From positions 65 through 64,064 of the forward strand of contig CAZXNM010000010.1 of NCBI GenBank assembly GCA_964641955.1: a stretch of DNA of 64,000 nucleotides, given 5' to 3'. Every line of letters starts with the position of its first letter. Positions within the stretch are counted from its first letter, which is position 1. A model generated the notes under the pieces. The model was not told the origin of the DNA, ran no database searches, and saw only the letters and a program-made list of their open reading frames with translations. The DNA comes from an uncultured Planctomycetota bacterium. GTDB lineage: Bacteria > Planctomycetota > SKW154 > DAOVDS01. A program made the translations under genes and the position numbers. Below, one piece after another: positions 1 through 9,179 of this stretch.

Positions 1-139
1 TCTCAAGTATCTCGCAGGCCCGACTCTGACTGAGCGGGACAGGGATTTCATGGCAGTGCTGGGGTTCGAGAAGCGCAACGGAACCGGCGGTCCTGCCGCC
101 CCGGCGCAGCAGGAGGCCTGCGCCAACTGCGGGCCCTGA
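1..139 (+). CDS. 3' end of an unidentified CDS entering from upstream of the window (partial)
   Basis: Frame 2 is open from the window edge to TGA at 137-139 (..GFEKRNGTGGPAAPAQQEACANCGP*). No start inside the window and no family recognised. Confidence 0.25.
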   Translation, partial: LKYLAGPTLTERDRDFMAVLGFEKRNGTGGPAAPAQQEACANCGP

Positions 140-156
140 AGCCGCTGCAATAATCA

Positions 157-175
157 GGAGCCAGTGTCTGGCTCC
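157..175 (+). terminator. Stem-loop after the partial CDS (GGAGCCA-gtgtc-TGGCTCC) followed by a C/T-rich tract
   Basis: 7-bp perfect stem seen directly in sequence. There is no clean U-run, so it is only terminator-like. Confidence 0.25.
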
Positions 176-244
176 CCTCTCTTGACCCCCGAAAGGTGGC
201 TGTGTAACTGATTGAGATTTACATTTTGAGAAGGATGGAGTGCG

Positions 245-553
245 ATGGGGGATACTATGTCTGTAGAGAGAGATGAGATTGCCACGTCGGGCTTCGCCCT
301 CCTCGCAATGACGGAGATGGCGCCGGTGGAATCATTTGTAAAAATCTTTCGTAACCTGTTGGCGGATAAGGGAGTCGATGTACAACGACATCACCACGTC
401 TGCGACGTGGTGTTTCCGGTATTATCCCTGGGTACTCGCTACTGGTTACTGGATACTATCATCAGCCGCTACTTGACATTGCAGGCTGCGAATGGGCAGA
501 ATAGCATGAAGCTCGATGACAAAAGGAGGAAGCGACGATGCCGCAGGGGTTGA
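245..553 (+). CDS. Small hypothetical protein (102 aa), possibly co-transcribed with the downstream hydrolase
   Basis: ORF in a locally lower-GC stretch, overlapping the next gene by 16 nt. I recognise no domain, and it could be spurious. Confidence 0.25.
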   Translation: MGDTMSVERDEIATSGFALLAMTEMAPVESFVKIFRNLLADKGVDVQRHHHVCDVVFPVLSLGTRYWLLDTIISRYLTLQAANGQNSMKLDDKRRKRRCRRG

Positions 554-1095
554 TAAAGAAGGATGACTGCATTCTGCTGGTGCTCGATATCCAGGGGACG
601 CTCTTCAAGACGATGGTGGAGAAGGAGCGCATGCTGGAGAAGTCGCTCAAGATGATAGACTTCGCCCGGCGAGTGGAAATTCCCATCGTGGTCACGGAGC
701 AGTACCCGAAGGGACTCGGCCCCAGCCTGCCGGAGATACTCGAAGCGCTGCCCGACGGCATCGAGGTCATCCCCAAGACGTCGTTCTCCTGCTTCGGCGA
801 GCCGAAGTTCGACGCGACTATCCGCTCGCTCGACCGAAAGACGATTATCGTCGTCGGCATGGAGACGCATATCTGCGTGAACCAGACCACGCTGGAGGGG
901 CTGGAAAAGGGCTACGACATGTACCTGGTCGCCGACGCGATTTCCTCTTACTCGGAGTTCGACACTCGAATCGCGTTCGAGCGGCTGCGCGCCGCCGGCG
1001 CGACGATAGCCACGTCCGAGATGGCGATGTTCGAGATACTGCGGGTGGCGAAGACCGGCAGTTTCAAGAAGTGCTTCGACCTTCTCAAGCGTTAG
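538..1095 (+). CDS. Isochorismatase-family cysteine hydrolase
   Basis: 185-aa product with the typical isochorismatase/CSHase fold signature (VLDIQ..., catalytic Cys region MCHICV-like ETHICV). ATG is preceded by AAAAGGAGGA (spacing 8), and the ORF ends at TAG. Confidence 0.75.
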   Translation: MPQGLIKKDDCILLVLDIQGTLFKTMVEKERMLEKSLKMIDFARRVEIPIVVTEQYPKGLGPSLPEILEALPDGIEVIPKTSFSCFGEPKFDATIRSLDRKTIIVVGMETHICVNQTTLEGLEKGYDMYLVADAISSYSEFDTRIAFERLRAAGATIATSEMAMFEILRVAKTGSFKKCFDLLKR

Positions 1096-1999
1096 CCCGA
1101 CGCCACTCGTTGTCGGCCTTCACGCGGCGGCAGAGCTCGACGTGGATATCGACGACGTCCTGCGTGTCCGTCGAGTAGCCGCCTGCCAGCACGGCCGCGA
1201 CCGGAAGGCCATGCTTTTGTGCTGTGCCCAACACCAGTTCATCGCGCCGCCCGAGGCCTTCCTTGGTGAGTTCGAGGTCGCCGAGCTGGTCGCGCATGAA
1301 GGGGTCTGCGCCCGCGACGTAGAAGAGTAAATCGTAAGTGTGGCCTTCGAGCGCGGTGCCTATTCCCTCTTCGAGACGGGCGAGATACTCGTCGTCGCCC
1401 GTGTGGTTGTCGAGGCCGATGTCGAGACTGCTTCGCTCCTTGACGGGGTAGAGGCGCTCCTGGTGAATGGAAAGGGTGAAGACGGAGTCGTCGTTCTCGA
1501 AGATTTTTGCGGTGCCGTTGCCCTGGTGCAGGTCGCAGTCCACGACGAGGACGTCCCCGGCGAGGCCTGCCTTCTGCACCGCGCGGATGGAGACGCCTAT
1601 GTCGTTTATGAAGCAGAAGCCCTCGCCGTGGGCGGGGTAGGCGTGGTGGAATCCGCCGCCCAGGTTGACCCAGGCCTCTTGCCTCCTTATCGCCTCGGTG
1701 GCGGCGATTATGGAGCCGCCGGCGGCGGCGATTACCGCGTCGAGCGTGCGGCGCTCGAGCGGCGCCTCGAACCGCGCCACGGCGAGCATGGGCGATGCGG
1801 TGAGGGCGTCGAGCTCGTCGAGGTACCCGCCGTCGTGGACGAGCAGAAGCTCCTCGCGCGTGGCCGGGCGCGGCGGGGCGAAGTCTTCGCCGCCGGCGAT
1901 GCCCTGCTCTTTCAGCGCGTCGCGGACGCGGCGGTACTTGTCGGTCGGGAAGACATGTGTGGCCCAGCCCAGGTCGTACTCGTCGCCGTAGATGAACAT
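1085..1999 (-). CDS. Histone deacetylase-family protein (AcuC/acetoin-utilisation-like deacetylase)
   Basis: The ORF track extends to 2347, but the first ATG is at 1999 (MFIYGDEYDLG...). The HDAC core is present: GGGFHHA, CFINDIG, DCDLHQGNG and the YxxGGY end motif (LAGGYS). Confidence 0.85.
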   Translation of the reverse strand: MFIYGDEYDLGWATHVFPTDKYRRVRDALKEQGIAGGEDFAPPRPATREELLLVHDGGYLDELDALTASPMLAVARFEAPLERRTLDAVIAAAGGSIIAATEAIRRQEAWVNLGGGFHHAYPAHGEGFCFINDIGVSIRAVQKAGLAGDVLVVDCDLHQGNGTAKIFENDDSVFTLSIHQERLYPVKERSSLDIGLDNHTGDDEYLARLEEGIGTALEGHTYDLLFYVAGADPFMRDQLGDLELTKEGLGRRDELVLGTAQKHGLPVAAVLAGGYSTDTQDVVDIHVELCRRVKADNEWRRANA

Positions 2000-2051
2000 G
2001 CTTGCTCCGTCACAGTTAGGAGAAGGATTGTATTGGGGACGCGGCCCTCTG

Positions 2052-4301
2052 TCAAGCGCGCCGCCTGCGGCGGGCGGCAAGCACGAGAAGCAGCAGTGCC
2101 AGGGGCCAGAACGCCGCTGGGCTCCCGGCCGGGACGATGGCGCAGGCGCCGCCCTTCCAGCGGTTCTCGGCGCAGAAGACGAGTTCGCGGCTGTTGGTCG
2201 CGCCGGTCGCGTCGGTGACCCGCACGGTGAAGCGCCAGGTCCCGCGTCCCGCCGGCACGCCACCGAGGATGCCGTTGGCGGCGAGTTGCAGGCCGCCGGG
2301 CAGCTTACCCGCGGCGAGGCTCCACGCGTACGGCTCCCTGCCGCCATCTGCGCACAGCGGAACCGAGTAGGCCCGCCCTTCCCTGCCGGGGGGCAGAGCG
2401 CGGGTCCTGATGCGCAGGATGCCCAGCCCGCAGGTTGGCTCGCCGTAGAGGTTGAAGGTCATGAGGTTGGCGCCGTGGTAACCCTGGCCGCGGGACGACA
2501 TGAAGCAGTAGGTGTTGCGCGCGTTCTGAAGGACCTCGCCCAGCGGGCGGCGCTTGATGAACAGCTCGCGCGCCATGAGATAGCCGAGGTCCTGCATGCC
2601 GCCCTGGTTGGGGCGCTCCCAGCCGTTCAGGTACCAGGTGCTGCGCGTGGCGCAGACCGTGCCGACCACGTGGTTCCTGAGAAGCTCGCAGCCGAGGTTG
2701 AGCGGTGTCTCGGGGTAGCCGCTGAGGCAGCAGACCTGCAGCACGATGGGAGGCGCGTCGTCAGGAATCTGCCAGGCCTGGTCATCGCGGAACACATCCT
2801 CCGCTTCGCGCTGCAGGCCGTGGCAGAGCCACAGGACGACGCCGTATCGGTTCTGCCATTCGGTCGCGATGTCGTTCGTGGTGTAGCCGGTCATGTCGGG
2901 CGGCGGGTCGGCGCCGTAGTCCTCGTCGTGCGCGACGAAGGTCGAGAAGCCGCCGGGGTCGGTCAGGTTCAGGCGCAGGTACCGGCTGAACTGGTACGAG
3001 GGGGTCTGTTCGTCGAGCCTGTGGGTGATGCAGAAGACCTTGCTGCGGTAGTCGAGCGCGCCGGGCTGGCTCCAGTCGTAGCCGTCGCCGGCCGTCTCGT
3101 AGGCAATTATGTTGTTCAGACAATCTCTTGCGTCGGAGGAGTCGTAGAAGGGTATGCGGCCCACGATTATCTCGGGCGCGAAGTCGATGCCGCCGGGCAC
3201 GAGGTCGCCCGTGAAGCCCCACAGCTCGGAGTAGGCCTCGCCGTAGTAGCCGTCCCCGTCGGCGTCCCAGTCGCCGGTCAGGTCGGCGAAGTAGTAGTCG
3301 GTCGCGGCCTCTATCTGGTCGGACGGCTTGTCGGTCCAGTAGCTCTGCGGGTAGCAGAGCTTCATGGGGACGGTGCCAACGGTATCGCCGCCGTGGTCCG
3401 GTATATCAGGGTCGGGTGTGCCGACAAGGAGCAGGTACTTCAGGCTCCAGTCGGCGTAGTTGGCCTGGAGGTAACTTCTTATCTGGTCGGCGAGCTCGGG
3501 ACCGGGCACCAGGGCGAAGTCCTCGATGGGAGTGACCTGCACGGTGAAACCCTGCGATTCCTTGAGGGCCACGAAGTCGGCCATGACGCCGCTGGCGGCC
3601 AGCGAGCCGGTGGTGATTATCAGGTAGTCCACGTGCCCCTGAGCCGCGAGAACGGGGTTATCGGGCGGGTGGTACTCGTCCTCGAACTGCTTCGCGTTGG
3701 CGAAGTCCGGGAGAGCGCCGGGCAGCCAGTCGTCGCGAAGCAGGCTCGAAGGGACCGCTGTGGCCGCGTCACGGTCGAACGTGAGCGTGAACGGGACGCG
3801 GCTTGCCGAGATGAGCCGCCCCGTCGCAAGCTCGCACCTGAAGGGGAAGACATCAACAAGAGCATAGCGGTACTTGCGAAACTGGCCCGCCGCCGCGACC
3901 CGGACCCACGAGCCGGGCCACAGTTCGCCCGGTGCGCCAGTCGCCGCGGGGACCTCGCTGCCGGGAAGCTGTGTAACCTCAACCGGCTTGTCCGGGATAA
4001 ATTCCACGGTCCGGCTGGGCGCTCCCGTGACGGAGACGCTTCCAAGCACGGCATCGGGCGGCAGGAGGACACGCACCCTCTTCACCGGGAGGCGCGGGCA
4101 GCCCGGCTCCCAGGTGAAGCCCCAGCCGTCGTCCTGCGGTATCTCAAACGCGCAGTCGCTCTCTCGCTGCAGCAGTCGCGGTGCGTCCGTCCTGACGGCG
4201 AGCGAGACCGTATTCGCGGGACCGTCCGCATCAATGACGCGGGACCCGGCCAGGAAGCACAGTCCCAACAGAACGAGGATGGACAAAGGTCGCACAAGCA
4301 T
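2052..4301 (-). CDS. Secreted peptidase C25 (gingipain-like) family protein with a C-terminal sorting-signal-like tail
   Basis: ATG at 4301 gives a signal peptide (MLVRPLSILVLLGLCFLAGS). The product contains a large Gly/Asp/Trp-rich C25-type catalytic region with an HG motif (WLCHGLQ) and Cys motif (QVCCLSGYP). The C-terminus ends ...PAAFWPLALLLLVLAARRRRRA (hydrophobic helix plus poly-Arg). Confidence 0.65.
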   Translation of the reverse strand: MLVRPLSILVLLGLCFLAGSRVIDADGPANTVSLAVRTDAPRLLQRESDCAFEIPQDDGWGFTWEPGCPRLPVKRVRVLLPPDAVLGSVSVTGAPSRTVEFIPDKPVEVTQLPGSEVPAATGAPGELWPGSWVRVAAAGQFRKYRYALVDVFPFRCELATGRLISASRVPFTLTFDRDAATAVPSSLLRDDWLPGALPDFANAKQFEDEYHPPDNPVLAAQGHVDYLIITTGSLAASGVMADFVALKESQGFTVQVTPIEDFALVPGPELADQIRSYLQANYADWSLKYLLLVGTPDPDIPDHGGDTVGTVPMKLCYPQSYWTDKPSDQIEAATDYYFADLTGDWDADGDGYYGEAYSELWGFTGDLVPGGIDFAPEIIVGRIPFYDSSDARDCLNNIIAYETAGDGYDWSQPGALDYRSKVFCITHRLDEQTPSYQFSRYLRLNLTDPGGFSTFVAHDEDYGADPPPDMTGYTTNDIATEWQNRYGVVLWLCHGLQREAEDVFRDDQAWQIPDDAPPIVLQVCCLSGYPETPLNLGCELLRNHVVGTVCATRSTWYLNGWERPNQGGMQDLGYLMARELFIKRRPLGEVLQNARNTYCFMSSRGQGYHGANLMTFNLYGEPTCGLGILRIRTRALPPGREGRAYSVPLCADGGREPYAWSLAAGKLPGGLQLAANGILGGVPAGRGTWRFTVRVTDATGATNSRELVFCAENRWKGGACAIVPAGSPAAFWPLALLLLVLAARRRRRA

Positions 4302-4409
4302 TCTCCCCGGCGAGCAGGCAGCATGGGCTCGCGTGCGCTCACCTGTTCCAAGTATACGACAATCCATGGCAAGCGCAACCTGAATTGGATAAAACCAATA
4401 CCGACGGGG

Positions 4410-6593
4410 TCACGCGTTCCCGGGGTCTATTTCGACCATTTCGCTCGATGCGAACCCGGCAGCCAGCTCGTCGAAGAAGAGGGAGTCTTCCACGGCAGTG
4501 GTGAGATACAGGTTCTCTTTGGCCCGGGTGAGCGCCACGTAGAATATCCGCCGCTCCTCCTGGTCATGCCGCTCCCGGGCTCGGAGCCGTTCGAGCATCT
4601 CCTCGTAGTCCGGCGTCGCTTTCTTCGCGCCCGGCAAGTGCTTGGCTATGACCCTTCCGGCTGCTGGTTTCTCGCCGGCAGTCGGCAGGTCGAGGAGGAA
4701 CGGTGCAGCCTTCCTGTATCTGGCCGGGCGGACGTCCGCGGCGAAGACGCTGTGGAATTCGAGGCCCTTGGCCTTGAAGGTGGTCAGGATTTTAACGGCA
4801 TCGCCCTCTTCCTGCGGGTCCGCCTCGGCCTCGCGCAACTCGCCTCTCCTGACCAGCCTGTGCAGGTAGTGGACGAATTCGGGCAGTCCGTTGAGCGGCG
4901 AGCGCGACTCGAAATCGACCGCGAGGTCGATTATCTTCGATATGTTGCTTACGCTCCGGAGCGCCGCCGGGGAGTCATCGCCCGAAAGGATGGAAAGCAG
5001 CCCGCTCTCGCAGAACGCGCGCTCCGCCAGCACGGGGAGCGGCTCGAGCATGCGAAGCGAATGCAGTCTCTCGATGCACGCGAGTGCATCGCCGACTCTT
5101 TCCCGCGCGGGCGGTTCGAGCTTCCCGATAGCTCCACCTTCTCGGAGCGCATCGAACAGCGAGACTTCCTCCCCGGACTGGTCACGCAGCCGACCGCGCT
5201 CAGCCGCTACCATCGCAAGCTGCGCCTGAGAAAGGGAAACGGGCGCGCGGGACAGGAGCCTCACTGCGGCCTGGTCGGCCGCGAGGTTCGAGGCGAGTTC
5301 GAGGCAGGCAAGCAGGTCGCGGACCTCTTCTCTCTCGAAGAAACCCGCCCCGAGGGCCGTGTACGGTATGCCCAGCCCCCGGAACTCGTCTTCGAGGCTC
5401 TTCGTGTGGGTCGTGGACCTGTAGAGCACGGCGATGTCGCCTGGATTTACGCCGGAGCTGATAAGGCACTGCGTCTCCTGCGCTATATATACCGCCTCCT
5501 CTTTTCTGGCGTCGAACCGCGCCATGCGGACGCGCCCGCCGCCGCTGTAGCCCTTGACGGGATTGGCGAGTTTAATCTCCCCCGCCCGCCCGGCGAAGTA
5601 GCTGTCACGTGTGATGGAATAATTCGCCAAGTCGAGCACGTCGTTGTACGAGCGGTAGTTGTCCGCGAGGAAGCGCTCATCGGCCGCGAACTCGCGGAGG
5701 TTCTCGATTCTCGCGCCGCGCCATTCGTAGATTGCCTGCTTGTCATCGCCCACGACGGTGACGTTGGAGAATCCGTCACGGGCGAGGAGTCGCAGCAGCT
5801 CGAGCTGCGCGAGGCTCGTGTCCTGGAACTCATCCACTATGATGTAGTCGAAGCGGGCGCACAGCCTCTTCCTCACTTCGTTGCTTCTGCACAGGAGATG
5901 ATACAGACCGTTGATAAGGTCCGTGTAATCCACTACTCCCGCGGCGCGCTTCGCACTCTCGAACTCGCGGAAGAGCCTTGCCGCAACACAGGCGACCTGA
6001 TGCTCGTATGCCGCCTGTTCCGTACCGCCGGGCGTGCCGCCGCACAGGGCTGCCTCGAACGAATCGGTCGTGTGAAGCTTCTCCCTCGCGGAATCGATAA
6101 TGCCCCAGCCGGCCTCGAGAATCGAGCCGAGCGAGCCGGGAGGAATCCGGGAGCGCTCTTCTCGGGACAGCGCCCCTCGCGCGAGGATGGAGGCTGCCAG
6201 GTCGTCTTTCAGCAGCATTATCTCGGCTTCGCCGGCCACGCGGTAAGGGACCGGCAGGCCCGCCAGCACAGGATATTCTCCGAGAACGCGCGCACAGAAC
6301 GAGTGGAAAGTATGGACCCAGAGCTGCTCCAGCTGCACGCCGCCCGCGAGCGCCTCGACGATGCGGTCACGCATCGAACCGGCTGCGCGGTCAGTGAAGG
6401 TGAGACAGAGCATGGATGAAGGCGAAGCACCGGGAATGTTCCTGAGCGCTTCGAGAAAGCGGAACGTGACGACGGTCGTCTTGCCCGTACCGGCGCCGGC
6501 CGTAACCTTGAGCGCGCGGTCGAACGGGAATCGGACCGCCTCGCGCTGCGCTTCGTTGAGGTCATCGAAAGTAAGCATGGCGTCACTCCGCAT
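4410..6593 (-). CDS. UvrD/PcrA-family ATP-dependent DNA helicase
   Basis: Carries helicase motif I (AGAGTGKTTV), motif II (VDEFQDTS) and the remaining UvrD-like motifs; length 727 aa. ATG at 6593, or alternatively at 6578. Confidence 0.85.
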   Translation of the reverse strand: MRSDAMLTFDDLNEAQREAVRFPFDRALKVTAGAGTGKTTVVTFRFLEALRNIPGASPSSMLCLTFTDRAAGSMRDRIVEALAGGVQLEQLWVHTFHSFCARVLGEYPVLAGLPVPYRVAGEAEIMLLKDDLAASILARGALSREERSRIPPGSLGSILEAGWGIIDSAREKLHTTDSFEAALCGGTPGGTEQAAYEHQVACVAARLFREFESAKRAAGVVDYTDLINGLYHLLCRSNEVRKRLCARFDYIIVDEFQDTSLAQLELLRLLARDGFSNVTVVGDDKQAIYEWRGARIENLREFAADERFLADNYRSYNDVLDLANYSITRDSYFAGRAGEIKLANPVKGYSGGGRVRMARFDARKEEAVYIAQETQCLISSGVNPGDIAVLYRSTTHTKSLEDEFRGLGIPYTALGAGFFEREEVRDLLACLELASNLAADQAAVRLLSRAPVSLSQAQLAMVAAERGRLRDQSGEEVSLFDALREGGAIGKLEPPARERVGDALACIERLHSLRMLEPLPVLAERAFCESGLLSILSGDDSPAALRSVSNISKIIDLAVDFESRSPLNGLPEFVHYLHRLVRRGELREAEADPQEEGDAVKILTTFKAKGLEFHSVFAADVRPARYRKAAPFLLDLPTAGEKPAAGRVIAKHLPGAKKATPDYEEMLERLRARERHDQEERRIFYVALTRAKENLYLTTAVEDSLFFDELAAGFASSEMVEIDPGNA

Positions 6594-6697
6594 GTAGGCT
6601 AATTGTATGGCGGCTCGCGTGTCAAGAGAAAAGACTTTTGACCCCGTTGGGCCGGTCTGTTAGTATTCCGACTGGCACGTACTGAAGGAGCCGACGA

Positions 6698-7612
6698 TTG
6701 AGCGAGAACCTGACCGCGAGGATTGCGGAACTTAAGCAACAGCGCAATGCAATCATCCTGGCGCACAACTACCAGCGCGGCGAAATACAGGACATTGCGG
6801 ACTTCACCGGCGACTCGCTCGGCCTCGCACGAAAGGCGGCAGGCACGGACGCCGACGTGATTATCTTCTGCGGCGTCCATTTCATGGCGGAGATGGCGGC
6901 GATAATCAACCCGGACCGCATCGTCCTCATACCCGACACGAACGCGGGCTGCCCCATGGCCGACATGATAAACGCGCGCCAGCTCAGGAAACTGAAATCG
7001 CAGCACCCGGATGCAGCAGTCGTGTGCTACGTGAACTCCACGGCGGCAATCAAGGCCGAAAGCGACGTCTGCTGCACTTCGGCGAACGCGCCGGATATAA
7101 TGGCATCGATTCCGCCGGAGCGGCCCGTCATTTTCGTGCCGGACAAGAGCCTCGGAAGCTGGGCCGCGAAGAAGCTGGGCCGGGACAATGTCATACTCTG
7201 GGATGGCTACTGCCCCACGCATCACAGAATACTTGCCCGCGACATAATGGAGAGGAAAGCAGAGCACCCCGGCGCAAAGGTCGCGGTGCATCCCGAGTGC
7301 ACTGAGGACGTCATCGAGCTTGCCGACGAGGTGGGTTCGACGTCCGGGATTCTGCGCTTCGCCTGCGAAAGCGGGGCGAAGGAAGTGATAATGGGCACGG
7401 AAATCGGGATGCTGCACAGGATACGCAAGGAGTGCCCCGGGGTCGAAATCTACCCGGCGAGCCCGTTGGCAGACTGTCCCAATATGAAACTCAACACGCT
7501 CGAAAAAGTCATCTGGTCGCTCGAAGACATGGAATACAGGGTCACGGTGGACCCGGCGGTCGCGGACGGCGCGAAGCGTGCGATAGAGAAGATGCTCGAG
7601 ATAACGCCTTGA
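6698..7612 (+). CDS. nadA: Quinolinate synthase NadA
   Basis: TTG start with GAAGGAG at spacing 7. The product MSENLTARIAELKQQRNAIILAHNYQ...CPTHHR...HPEC shows canonical NadA motifs over its full 304-aa length. Ends at TGA. Confidence 0.9.
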   Translation: MSENLTARIAELKQQRNAIILAHNYQRGEIQDIADFTGDSLGLARKAAGTDADVIIFCGVHFMAEMAAIINPDRIVLIPDTNAGCPMADMINARQLRKLKSQHPDAAVVCYVNSTAAIKAESDVCCTSANAPDIMASIPPERPVIFVPDKSLGSWAAKKLGRDNVILWDGYCPTHHRILARDIMERKAEHPGAKVAVHPECTEDVIELADEVGSTSGILRFACESGAKEVIMGTEIGMLHRIRKECPGVEIYPASPLADCPNMKLNTLEKVIWSLEDMEYRVTVDPAVADGAKRAIEKMLEITP

Positions 7613-7832
7613 ACAGGCGGGCCGGATTAGCTGCTTGAATTGCGGACGCGGATGTCTACAATAAGCTGACCCGGCATTCCCGCCGGTAAGCCCTCGGAGG
7701 TGGCAGATAGCACGGGAAGCAGGGCTTGAAGCCTATTTCAGAGAGATAAACAAGTACAAGCTCCTCACGTCCGAGGAAGAGAAGTCGCTTTCCCGGACGG
7801 CGCGCAAGGGCGACAAGGAGGCGCGCGACAAG

Positions 7833-8564
7833 ATGGTTCGCGCCAACCTCCGCCTCGTCGTCTCGATAGCCAAGCACTACATGCGCCGCGGCCTGCCGCT
7901 CCTGGACCTGATAGAAGAGGGCAATCTCGGGCTTCTGAAGGCGGTCGAGAAGTTCGACCCGGCGGCCAACTGCCGGTTTTCCACTTACGCCTCCTGGTGG
8001 ATTAAGCAGGCCATCAAGCGGGCGCTGATTGACACCGTGCGCACGGTGCGCATACCGGGCTACATGGTGGAGCTTATCGCGCGCTGGAAGGAAGCCAAGA
8101 CCCATCTCACGCTCGAGAAGGACCGGCAGCCGACGCTTTCGGAAATCGCGGGCGAAATGGACATACCGTCCGGCACCCTCGAAGTCATCTACGGCGCGCT
8201 CATGGCTTCCAAGACTTCCGTCCCGCCGCCGGACGCGGAAGGCGGCTGGACCCTGACCGAGATGCTCGAGGATGAAGAAGCCAAGAAGCCCGACGAGCTG
8301 CTCGTGCAGATGCACGAGATTGAGATGATAAGGGAGCTTCTCGGGGCGATCGATGAGCGCGAGGCGAAGGTGCTGCGGATGCGCTTCGGACTCGACGACC
8401 GCGAGCCCAGAACGCTCAAGGAGATTGGGCAGGTGCTCAAGCTCTCGCGCGAGAGGGTGCGCCAGATAGAGCAGGAGGCGCTGCGCAAGCTCAACCTCAT
8501 CGTGACGCGCCGCGGCGACCTCTACAGGAGACTCGATGAAAAGCTTAAGAGAAAAAATCCGTGA
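7833..8564 (+). CDS. RpoD/RpoS-family sigma-70 factor; annotated from the first ATG, but region 1.2 is encoded upstream of it
   Basis: Regions 2.1-4.2 are clear ([65 protein letters not shown]). The same frame translated upstream of 7833 encodes region 1.2 ([36 protein letters not shown]). No ATG, GTG or TTG occurs between the upstream stop at 7662 and 7833. Confidence 0.8.
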   Translation: MVRANLRLVVSIAKHYMRRGLPLLDLIEEGNLGLLKAVEKFDPAANCRFSTYASWWIKQAIKRALIDTVRTVRIPGYMVELIARWKEAKTHLTLEKDRQPTLSEIAGEMDIPSGTLEVIYGALMASKTSVPPPDAEGGWTLTEMLEDEEAKKPDELLVQMHEIEMIRELLGAIDEREAKVLRMRFGLDDREPRTLKEIGQVLKLSRERVRQIEQEALRKLNLIVTRRGDLYRRLDEKLKRKNP

Positions 8565-9054
8565 CATCCCTGACTTCCCCAAGCAGGGCATCGTATTCAA
8601 GGACATCACGCCCCTCCTGATAGACCCCGAGTGCCTGAAGCTTGCAGTCACTTCGATTGCCGGGGAGTTCCGGGACGAAGAGATTACGAAGGTCTGCGCC
8701 GTCGAGGCGCGGGGCTTCATCCTCGGTGCAGCGGTCGCCTGCGAGCTGGGCGCCGGATTCGTGCCCATCCGCAAGCCGGGAAAGCTCCCGGCACAGACGC
8801 GCTGCTGCACCTACGATCTCGAATACGGAACCGACACGATAGAGATTCACGCGGATGCCATCTCGCAGGGCGACAGGATTCTCATGGTGGACGACCTTCT
8901 CGCCACGGGCGGCACCATGGCGGCCGCATGCAAGCTCGTCAGGGAGCTGGGCGGCGAGATTGTCGGCGTCGCTTTCCTCGTGGAGCTGGCTTTCCTGAAC
9001 GGCGCCGAGAAGCTCAAGGACTGCCGGACCGTCTCGCTGATAACATACGAGTGA
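8536..9054 (+). CDS. apt: Adenine phosphoribosyltransferase
   Basis: 172-aa product with the PRPP-binding motif [10 protein letters not shown] and an Apt-like N-terminus ([18 protein letters not shown]). Overlaps the sigma-factor 3' end by 29 nt and ends at TGA. Confidence 0.9.
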   Translation: MKSLREKIRDIPDFPKQGIVFKDITPLLIDPECLKLAVTSIAGEFRDEEITKVCAVEARGFILGAAVACELGAGFVPIRKPGKLPAQTRCCTYDLEYGTDTIEIHADAISQGDRILMVDDLLATGGTMAAACKLVRELGGEIVGVAFLVELAFLNGAEKLKDCRTVSLITYE

Positions 9055-9179
9055 ACCGCAGGTATTTACCGTTTTATTTTGCACTCTCCCGCTTCGCCCT
9101 GCTATAGTCGACACGTGCGCTTAAAGGAGGGAGGCACCTGGACACGCGCCTCGCCAAGACCACAATCGGCATAAAGGGC

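Noticed and set aside
1992-6419. 1475-aa plus-strand ORF spanning two genes
   Set aside because: It is antisense to the clearly homologous C25 peptidase and UvrD-like helicase genes. This is a GC3-bias artefact with low-complexity Arg/Ala/Gly composition and no motifs.
6672-6690. TGGCAC hexamer upstream of nadA as a second sigma54 promoter
   Set aside because: There is no TTGC -12 element at the required spacing. It overlaps the nadA RBS region and is probably coincidental.
7656-8810. 384-aa minus-strand ORF
   Set aside because: It is antisense to the sigma-factor and apt genes, which have unmistakable motifs. Artefact.
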